Shown: one piece after another, positions 44,658 to 50,863 of the stretch
Position numbering within the stretch: position 1 is the stretch's first letter
Layout: every line of letters starts with the position of its first letter
Source: Alphaproteobacteria bacterium
Lineage (GTDB): Bacteria; Pseudomonadota; Alphaproteobacteria; Bin95
DNA: 50,863 bases
Direction: 5' to 3'
NCBI GenBank assembly: GCA_026706245.1
Contig: JAPOZD010000208.1
Span: 1 to 50,863, forward strand
Notes under the pieces: generated by a model
What the model was told of the DNA's origin: nothing
Databases searched by the model: none
What the model saw: only the letters and a program-made list of their open reading frames with translations
Position numbers and translations under genes: made by a program

Positions 44658-45322
44658 CTGACATCTACACGCTCGACCTCGCGCTTTTCGCCGTCGTCGT
44701 CGCCTCGGCCATCATTGCCTATCTGCGCGGTTTCGTGCGCGAGGTGTTTTCGCTCGCAAGCTGGATCGGCGCGGCGGTCATCGCCTGGCTGGCCTTCGCG
44801 CCACTCGCCGCGCTGCTGTCGCAATATCTGGAGCCTCCTGTGCTGGCGCGGATCGCGGCCGGCGCCGGCGGGTTTCTTGCCGCGCTGGTGCTTCTGTCCG
44901 TCATTGCAGGCCGAATTGCGGGCCGGGTGGAGCGCTCCAGCCACAGTGCGCTGGACCGTGCGCTCGGTTTCCTGTTCGGCATGGTCAGAGGCGCCGTCAT
45001 CATCTGCGCGCTCTACCTCGTGGGCACGCGGCTCGTGCCGCCCGACCACCAGCCGGGCTGGGTGCAGGACGCGCGCAGCATCCCCCTGGTGGCTGCGGGC
45101 GCGCGGGAGATCGAACAGCTCCTGCCCTCCGGCGTTGCCGATTACGGCACCACGGAGGCCGACCGCATCCAGCAGGAGATCGACCGGATCGAGGCAGGCA
45201 AGCGCCTCTACGAGAAGCTGGAGCGGCCCGAGGCGGAGCCGGAAGCGGCTGCAAAAACCCCGCCCAAGGGGTATAACGAACAGGAACGACGCCGCCTCGA
45301 CAGCCTGATCGAGCGCAACTAG
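44654..45322 (+). CDS. cvpA: CvpA family (colicin V production) membrane protein
   Basis: 222 aa. The ATG overlaps the radA stop (ATGA). TM-rich N-terminal part, and the conserved position upstream of purF. Confidence 0.8.
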   Translation: MTDIYTLDLALFAVVVASAIIAYLRGFVREVFSLASWIGAAVIAWLAFAPLAALLSQYLEPPVLARIAAGAGGFLAALVLLSVIAGRIAGRVERSSHSALDRALGFLFGMVRGAVIICALYLVGTRLVPPDHQPGWVQDARSIPLVAAGAREIEQLLPSGVADYGTTEADRIQQEIDRIEAGKRLYEKLERPEAEPEAAAKTPPKGYNEQERRRLDSLIERN

Positions 45323-45337
45323 CGAGGGGAGGCCCGT

Positions 45338-46792
45338 TTGCGAGCCGTCCACCCCTTCGACGACGACAAGCTGCATGAGGAATGCGGGGTGTTCGGCATC
45401 GCCGGCCACGCCGACGCGGCCGCGCATACCGCGCTCGGCCTGCATGCCCTCCAGCATCGCGGCCAGCAGTCCGCCGGCATCGTCTCCTCCGACGGCGAGC
45501 AATTCTACAGCCTGCGCGGGCCGGGCCAGGTCAGCGAGACCTTCGGCAATGAGGAGGCGATCGACCGCCTCCAGGGCGCCATCGCCATCGGCCACAACCG
45601 CTATTCGACCACGGGTGCGCCGGTGGCCCGCAACATCCAGCCGCTGTTCGCGGATTTCGCCTTCGGCGGCGTGGCGGTGGCGCATAACGGCAACCTGACC
45701 AACGCGCTCTCGATACGGCGCAGGCTGGCCGGCATGGGCGCTCTCTTCCAGAGCACCACCGATACCGAGGTCATCATCCACCTCATTGCCCGCAGCCGGA
45801 AGGGCAAGCTGGCGGACCGGCTCGTCGAGGCGCTCGGCGAGATCGAGGGCGCCTATTCGCTCGTCGCCATATCGCGCAGCAAGCTCTTTGGCGTCCGCGA
45901 TCCCCACGGCGTGCGCCCGCTGGTTCTCGGGCAGCTTGGCAAGTCCTGGATCCTCACTTCCGAGACCTGCGCGCTCGACATCATCGGAGCCGGTTATGTC
46001 CGCGATGTCGAGCCCGGCGAGATGGTGGTGGTGGACGGGGGCCGGATCGAATCGCATTTCCCCTTCGACCCCATCCGGCCCCGGCCCTGCATCTTCGAAC
46101 TCATCTATTTCGCCCGGCCCGACAGCGCCGTTTTCTGCCGGAGCGTCTATGAGGCGCGAATGGAAATCGGGCGCGAGCTGGCCCGCGAGGCGCCGGCCCC
46201 GGCGGATGTGGTCGTGCCCGTGCCCGATTCCGGCGTGCCCGCCGGCCTCGGCTATGCCCAGCAGGCCGACCTGCCCTTCAGCCTCGGCATCATCCGAAAC
46301 CACTATGTCGGGCGCACCTTCATCGAGCCGACGCAGCAGATCCGCCATCTCGGCGTGCGCCTGAAGCACAACGCCAACACGGCGGTACTGGCCGGCAAGC
46401 GCGTCGTGCTGGTGGATGACAGCATCGTGCGGGGCACGACCTCCACCAAGATCGTCGAGATGGTGCGCAATGCCGGCGCGGCGGAAGTGCATATGCGGAT
46501 ATCCAGCCCGCCCACGACTCATTCCTGCTTCTACGGCATCGACACGCCGCACCGCGACACGCTGCTCGCCGCCCGCTTCGACCTGGAGCGGATGCGCCGC
46601 GAGATCGGCGTCGATTCGCTGGCCTTCGTCAGCCTGGACGGCCTCTACCGCGCGCTTGGCGAAACCGGCGGTCGCGGCAGGGCGCCCGCCTTTTGCGACG
46701 CCTGCTTCACCGGCGACTACCCGATAGACCTGCTCGACCGGCGGGACGGATCCGCCGCCGGCCGGATGTCGCTGCTCGACGAACTGGCCTGA
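45338..46792 (+). CDS. purF: amidophosphoribosyltransferase
   Basis: 484 aa. Propeptide followed by CGVFGI, GHNRYSTTG, VPDSG, and the VLVDDSIVRGTT PRPP motif. Confidence 0.95.
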   Translation: MRAVHPFDDDKLHEECGVFGIAGHADAAAHTALGLHALQHRGQQSAGIVSSDGEQFYSLRGPGQVSETFGNEEAIDRLQGAIAIGHNRYSTTGAPVARNIQPLFADFAFGGVAVAHNGNLTNALSIRRRLAGMGALFQSTTDTEVIIHLIARSRKGKLADRLVEALGEIEGAYSLVAISRSKLFGVRDPHGVRPLVLGQLGKSWILTSETCALDIIGAGYVRDVEPGEMVVVDGGRIESHFPFDPIRPRPCIFELIYFARPDSAVFCRSVYEARMEIGRELAREAPAPADVVVPVPDSGVPAGLGYAQQADLPFSLGIIRNHYVGRTFIEPTQQIRHLGVRLKHNANTAVLAGKRVVLVDDSIVRGTTSTKIVEMVRNAGAAEVHMRISSPPTTHSCFYGIDTPHRDTLLAARFDLERMRREIGVDSLAFVSLDGLYRALGETGGRGRAPAFCDACFTGDYPIDLLDRRDGSAAGRMSLLDELA

Positions 46793-46801
46793 GCGCCGCC
46801 G

Positions 46802-47506
46802 GTGCCGGAGCCGAAGCCGCTTGCCGGCGCGGTTGCGCTCGTGACGGGCGCCTCCAGCGGTCTCGGCCGGGCGGTTGCGGTGCGGCTGGCCGCAGCGGGC
46901 GCGCATACCGTGCTGCTCGCCCGCACGGTCGGCGGCTTGGAAGAGACGGACGATGCGGTCCGTGCGGCGGGCGGGCCGGCCACGCTCTGCCCGCTCGACC
47001 TCACCGCGCCCGGCGACCTGGAGCGCGCCCTTGCCGCCCTTGGCGGCCGGTTCGGGCGGCTGGACATCCTCGTGTCCTCGGCCGCTGCGCTCGGTGCGCT
47101 CGGGCCGGCGCACCAGATAACCGACGAGGCCTGGCGGCGGGCGCTCGACACCAATCTCACCGCCGCGATGCGCCTCATCCGCGCCGTGGACCCGCTGCTT
47201 CGCAGCGCGCCGGCCGGCCGCGCCGTTTTCGCAACCGGCTATCCCGCCGCCCGCGCCTATTGGGGTGCTCACGCCGCCAGCAAGGCCGCGCTGGAGGCGC
47301 TGGTGCTGGCCTGGGCGGCGGAGACGGCGCGCACGGCGCTCCGGGTCAATCTCGTCGATCCGGGGCCGATGCGCACGCGGCTGCGCGCCGCCGCCTATCC
47401 GGGCGAGGACCCGGCGGACCTACCTTCACCCGACCGGGCGGCGGAATTCATCCTGAGCCTTGCCTCGCCCGATTGCACAGCGCACGGGCAGGTTCTCGGC
47501 CTGTAG
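46802..47506 (+). CDS. SDR family oxidoreductase
   Basis: 234 aa. TGASSGLGRAVA Rossmann motif, and the YWGAHAASKAAL (YxxxK-like) region. GTG start. Confidence 0.8.
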   Translation: MPEPKPLAGAVALVTGASSGLGRAVAVRLAAAGAHTVLLARTVGGLEETDDAVRAAGGPATLCPLDLTAPGDLERALAALGGRFGRLDILVSSAAALGALGPAHQITDEAWRRALDTNLTAAMRLIRAVDPLLRSAPAGRAVFATGYPAARAYWGAHAASKAALEALVLAWAAETARTALRVNLVDPGPMRTRLRAAAYPGEDPADLPSPDRAAEFILSLASPDCTAHGQVLGL

Positions 47507-47643
47507 TACCAACGGGCACAAGTAGTACCGGCAGCGATGATGCGCACTCGCCGGGATCGCTGTCGTCGTTATTCACGATGAAGCGCACCTTTGGCTGCCG
47601 AGCGCAAGTAGCGGAAAATCGGCGGCGGCACCGAATTCCAGCG

Positions 47644-47925
47644 TTATTCAGTGTGCGCCGACTGCCGGACGGCCTCCGGCAACCGGTCTTCGGGAGCCGG
47701 CGGCTGGCCGCCGTCACGGAACAGGATGCGCCGTGCTTCCTCGACGTCCGCCCTAGCGCGGCGTTCGGCGAAGAACTCGGCAGTTCGCATTGCGGAGAGT
47801 TTTTCCGCAACGGCCAGTGCGATGAACTGGTTGATGCTGGCGCCGTCCTTGCGGCTTGCCTCTGCAACGGCATCTTTCAGCGACACCGGCAGGCGCAACG
47901 CGAAATTGGCGGTTCGAGACTTCAT
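47644..47925 (-). CDS. ribbon-helix-helix (Arc/HicB-like) antitoxin
   Basis: 93 aa. MKSRTANFALRLPVSLKDAVAEASRKDGASINQFIALAVAEKLSAMRTAEFF is the typical RHH antitoxin N-terminus. The gene lies immediately downstream of a PIN gene. Confidence 0.75.
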   Translation of the reverse strand: MKSRTANFALRLPVSLKDAVAEASRKDGASINQFIALAVAEKLSAMRTAEFFAERRARADVEEARRILFRDGGQPPAPEDRLPEAVRQSAHTE

Positions 47926-48337
47926 GGCGGAATCTTTCCCAATGCTTCCGCGGGGTTACGCAGCTCAACGTTTCTACGCCGGGTTTGAAGTGACGCCGGT
48001 TGAACGTCACCAGCGCGTCGGCGCGGCCGTTGATCGCGGCTTCAAGGACCATCTCGTCGGCCGGATCGTGAAGCAGCGGACGCCACCGGAAATCGACGGT
48101 TACATGTTCCGCGACTGCGCATAGCGCATCGATGACCTTGAGAACCTCCGTTCGTGTGAGACCTGAAGCAGCCCGTTGTTGCGGGTCGCAGCAGACTGCC
48201 TCGTACTCCAGCGCCAGCGGCACCGAGAGTAGAGGCTTGCAGAGACCAGACAAAGCATTCCCGATTAGTTGCGCTGAAGCGCCGGTCGGGCTGCGAAGTC
48301 CGGAGACGACGATATTGGTATCCAGTACATAGCGCAT
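47753..48337 (-). CDS. PIN-domain toxin (TIGR00305/COG1569-like) with an abnormal 3' extension running about 170 nt into the antitoxin gene; likely frameshifted near 47961-47970
   Basis: Start MRYVLDTNIVVSGL (ATG 48337-48335, GGAGG SD). PIN acidic residues are present. After ...FNRRHFKPGVETL the current frame becomes Arg-rich, whereas the +1 frame reads RNPAEALGKIPP* with a TGA (47924-47922) overlapping the antitoxin ATG. Confidence 0.65.
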   Translation of the reverse strand: MRYVLDTNIVVSGLRSPTGASAQLIGNALSGLCKPLLSVPLALEYEAVCCDPQQRAASGLTRTEVLKVIDALCAVAEHVTVDFRWRPLLHDPADEMVLEAAINGRADALVTFNRRHFKPGVETLSCVTPRKHWERFRHEVSNRQFRVAPAGVAERCRCRGKPQGRRQHQPVHRTGRCGKTLRNANCRVLRRTPR

Positions 48338-48368
48338 GTTGTACCTCCGTTCATTAACAATATCGCCC

Positions 48369-48396
48369 ATGATACTATTTTTATCGCTTGAGTCAA
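48369..48396 (-). promoter_or_regulatory. sigma-70-like promoter of the PIN/RHH operon
   Basis: The minus strand reads TTGACT (plus 48391-48396), a 16-nt spacer, then TATCAT (plus 48369-48374). The -10 element ends 31 nt upstream of the ATG, in a locally AT-rich region. Confidence 0.5.
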
Positions 48397-48518
48397 CCCC
48401 TCCACGGTAGGTCTGTCATCCTGCGGTATCGCACGACCCTCAGAGGAGGCGGAGAGCGGGATCGGCTGGTAGGGTGTCGTTAAGCGCAACGCTTCAACCC
48501 TTCGGAATCCCGCTGAAA

Positions 48519-49418
48519 TCAGCGCGCACGGCCCAGGGCGTATTCGGCCCAGTCCGGCAGCCCGGCGCGGATATAGAGGCCGGCGGCGTCCCGGTAGAGC
48601 CGGCGCGCCCTGGCAGGGTCGGTTGCAATCCCCGCCCGCGCCAGCGTGACATTGGCCCGGCCGCGCACCGAGACCGCTTTGAGGTAGATCGCATGCGCCT
48701 CGTCCAGCAGGCGCGCGGCTGCCGCGCGGTCGCCGCTCCCCGCCTTCACTGAGGCGAGGCCGACCAGCGCATTCGCCTCCCCGACCCTGTTGGCGAGGCC
48801 GGCGAACAGCCGCCGGGCGTCGAGATAGCGCCGCTCCGCCCGCACCAAATCCCTGCCGGCAAGCGCCATGTCGCCGAGCCCGTGCAGCGCATCCGCCTCC
48901 CGCCTTGCATCACCCAGCATGGCGAAGGCGTCGCGCGCCTGCCCGTAGGCCCGCTCGGCGTCCTCCGCCCGTCCCGCGCTCCGGGCGGCGAGCGCTTCGC
49001 CGAACGCGGCTTCGGCGTCCGCAGCGGAAACGGCAGCGCGCATGTCCGCTTTCAGGCTCTCCTTCGCCGGCGCGACAGCGCCGCCTTTCGTAACGCTCGC
49101 CGCGTCCGGCGCGGCGGCGTCAACGCTGCCTGTCGTAACATTCGCCGCGTTCGGCGCGGCGGCGATAGCCGGCGCGGTATCGGGGCGGCCGGAAAGGCCG
49201 CGATGCGCCACCACCTGCATCAGCGCCGCGCCGAGCAGCAGCACCAGCGCCGCAGTGAAGGACCGCCGGCCCACCCAGTGACTCCAGCCGCGCTCCCGCC
49301 TGGCGAGCACCCCGGCATAAACCAGCAGCAGGTGGATGCAGCCGAGCGCGAGCAGGCCGAGGCCGCCCGCTACCGCCAGCCATGCGGCGTGCTGTAGCGT
49401 TTCAGCGGCTTCGAACAC
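48519..49418 (-). CDS. membrane-anchored TPR-like repeat protein
   Basis: 299 aa. It has two N-terminal hydrophobic segments, an Ala-rich linker, and repeated A-x-x-x-Y/L...G helical-pair motifs (AERAYGQARDAFAMLGD, ADALHGLGDMALAG, ...). Confidence 0.6.
   Translation of the reverse strand: MFEAAETLQHAAWLAVAGGLGLLALGCIHLLLVYAGVLARRERGWSHWVGRRSFTAALVLLLGAALMQVVAHRGLSGRPDTAPAIAAAPNAANVTTGSVDAAAPDAASVTKGGAVAPAKESLKADMRAAVSAADAEAAFGEALAARSAGRAEDAERAYGQARDAFAMLGDARREADALHGLGDMALAGRDLVRAERRYLDARRLFAGLANRVGEANALVGLASVKAGSGDRAAAARLLDEAHAIYLKAVSVRGRANVTLARAGIATDPARARRLYRDAAGLYIRAGLPDWAEYALGRAR
49088..49164. repeat. imperfect in-frame 45-nt tandem duplication inside the TPR-like gene
   Basis: tcgtaacgctcgccgcgtccggcgcggcggcg (49088-49119) vs tcgtaacattcgccgcgttcggcgcggcggcg (49133-49164), 29/32 identical by hand count. 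The protein shows AAAPNAANVTTGS / AAAPDAASVTKGG. Confidence 0.7.
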
Positions 49419-49613
49419 CGCGCTCTGCGCTTTCTGTTCTTGTCATGGGGCAGAGGGGCCTGCTTCCGCACAGGGGGCCGCGATTATGCCGCCCCGGCCG
49501 GGTCCGCCGCAACCGGACCGTCACGCGCCCGCCCCGGAACCGCCTGCCCCGCCCTTGCGTCCAGCCCCGCCCCGGATGAACATCAACACACGGAAAGAAG
49601 GAGGGCATGAGCC

Positions 49614-50609
49614 ATGCCGCGCATCGGAGTCGCATTCTCGGGCGGGTTGACCGCGACGGAGATCGCCGACTGCGCCGAGCGGGCCGAGACGCTGGGTTAT
49701 GAGTCGGTCTGGGTCGCGGAGGGGCATGGCGGCGACCAGTTCGCCGTCCTAGCGGCCTGCGCTCTGCGCACCAGGCGCGTGCGCCTCGGCACCGCCATCA
49801 CCAGCGTGTTCGTGCGCACCGCGCCGACGATCGCGATGGCCGCCGCGGCCGTGGACGAGCTTTCCGGCGGCCGGTTCGTGCTGGGCCTCGGGTCCAGCCA
49901 CAGGGTCCAGGTCGAGCCCGAGCACGGGGTGGCGTATTCCCGGCCCCTCGGCCGCGTGCGCGACACGACGGCAGTGGTGCGCGGGCTGCTCCGTGACGGC
50001 GAGGTTGCCCATGAGGGCGAGACGGTCCGGATCGAGCGCTTCGACCTCTGGTTCCGGCCGTTCCGGAACGACATCCCGATCTACCTCTCCGCGCTCTTCC
50101 CGAAAATGCTGGAGCTCTGCGGCGAAGCGGCGGACGGGCTGATCCTGACCCGGAGCACGCTCGCGACGGCGGAGGGCGCACGCGCCCATGTGGCCGCCGG
50201 GGCCGCCCGCGCCGGCCGCGACCCCGCAGAGGTAGAGATCACCTCGCTGCTGCCGACGAGCGTGGCGGCCGATCGGCGCGAAGCCTTCGCCGCCGCCCGC
50301 CCGGGCCTTGCCTTCTATGCGGGCTTCTTCCCCCGCTACAACCGCCTGATCGCCGAAAGCGGCTTTGCCGAAGAAGCGGCCGCCATCGCCGCGGCCTGGG
50401 CCGCGGGCGACCGGGAGGCGGCGGAGCGCGCCGTCACCGATGCGATGATTGCCGCAACGGGCGTCGCCGGCGAGCCGGACGAATGCCGGGACCGGCTCGA
50501 CGCCTACCGGGCCTCGGGCCTCGACCTCCCGATCATCAGCCCCTTCGCCCGCGGCCCCGGCGCGAAGGAGAAGTTCCTCGCCGCCATCGAGGCCTGCGCG
50601 CCCCGGTAG
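49614..50609 (+). CDS. LLM-class flavin/F420-dependent oxidoreductase
   Basis: 331 aa. GAAGGAGGG SD upstream. AERAETLGYESVWVAEGHGGD, FVLGLGSS, the luciferase-like TIM-barrel pattern. Confidence 0.8.
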   Translation: MPRIGVAFSGGLTATEIADCAERAETLGYESVWVAEGHGGDQFAVLAACALRTRRVRLGTAITSVFVRTAPTIAMAAAAVDELSGGRFVLGLGSSHRVQVEPEHGVAYSRPLGRVRDTTAVVRGLLRDGEVAHEGETVRIERFDLWFRPFRNDIPIYLSALFPKMLELCGEAADGLILTRSTLATAEGARAHVAAGAARAGRDPAEVEITSLLPTSVAADRREAFAAARPGLAFYAGFFPRYNRLIAESGFAEEAAAIAAAWAAGDREAAERAVTDAMIAATGVAGEPDECRDRLDAYRASGLDLPIISPFARGPGAKEKFLAAIEACAPR

Positions 50610-50863
50610 CGCAGAGGCCGACCGCACTCCGCCGCCCTGGACCCGACCCCGACGCCATGCGGCAATCGCAGACCGGAGTCCCGAAACATGGCGGAAATAC
50701 CTATATTGGAGGGAGCCGCCGCACCGCGGGTCCTCCCGCGGCCCGGTCCGCGACCGGGATATCGGGAGACAGCCCGCGGCAGCGCTCCGTTGCGCTCGCG
50801 CGGCATGCCGGCGCGGACGACGCGAAAGGATGTCTCCCATGGCGGTCCAGCCCGATACGCAAC

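Noticed and set aside
44324-47272. Very long antisense ORFs: 982 aa here; also 42483..44594 (703 aa), 34827..36965 (712 aa), 28347..30377 (676 aa), 8605..10512 (635 aa), 11377..12753, 39065..40786, 22874..24373, 24822..26366 and 16043..18202 upstream of 17488.
   Set aside because: - All lie opposite or out of frame to genes with clear family signatures.
- Their translations are Arg/Ala/Gly/Pro-rich with no recognisable motifs. This is the classic shadow-ORF behaviour of DNA at roughly 65-70% GC.
47503-47529. A direct repeat gtagtacc x2 (47503-47510 and 47522-47529) just after the SDR gene stop, considered as an RHH operator or att site.
   Set aside because: - It lies downstream of both convergent genes rather than at a promoter.
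- Eight-bp repeats at this spacing are weak evidence, and no matching copy was seen on the other side of the PIN/RHH cassette.
50610-50863. A GC-hairpin-rich 250-bp tail after the last LLM gene (hairpins about 50723-50740 and 50741-50757), with a possible gene start (ATG 50830 or 50839) at the window edge. I considered a riboswitch.
   Set aside because: - I could not match it to any riboswitch consensus I know (B12 box, TPP, glycine, SAM-II).
- The putative CDS has at most 11 codons inside the window, which is too little to support a call.
1-50863. Looked for CRISPR arrays, tRNA/rRNA genes, IS elements, integrases and phage genes.
   Set aside because: - No regularly spaced repeat-spacer structure was seen.
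- No tRNA T-loop or acceptor patterns were seen.
- None of the translated ORFs shows transposase or integrase motifs.
- The by-eye search is not exhaustive.

Overview
High-GC chromosomal segment that looks alphaproteobacterial, judged from the aapJQMP amino-acid permease operon and the dnaB-alr-(mlaEF)-radA-cvpA-purF-SDR housekeeping block. It is densely coding, mostly metabolic enzymes: amidohydrolases, an enolase-superfamily enzyme, LLM oxidoreductases and an accessory complex-II-like operon. I saw no rRNA, tRNA, CRISPR array, transposase or integrase. All family calls come from reading motifs in the supplied translations; no searches were run.

Observations worth a second look:
1. A probable selenoprotein. 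ORFs 8142..8420 and 8442..8666 share a frame and are joined through TGA 8418-8420, giving D-U-G-S-C-S-T-C (UxxCxxC). A SECIS-like hairpin starts 11 nt after the TGA. The gene sits in a module with an uncharacterised 359-aa protein and an amidohydrolase.
2. A solitary 1210-aa MmeI-like (Type IIL/IIG) restriction-methyltransferase fusion with an apparently intact PD-ExK nuclease motif. It lies next to a CobW-type GTPase, is bracketed by two repeat-rich non-coding blocks, contains a ~50% GC patch, and is followed by a 10-bp-phased CATGAC array.
3. Four type II toxin-antitoxin cassettes in 50 kb. Two of them lie between diverged duplicate copies of the end of the neighbouring gene (the hydratase 3' end and the MFS 5' end), with no recombinase present. 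Two toxins (higB and a PIN gene) appear frameshifted.

Many long opposite-strand ORFs in the track are GC-driven shadow ORFs and were rejected.
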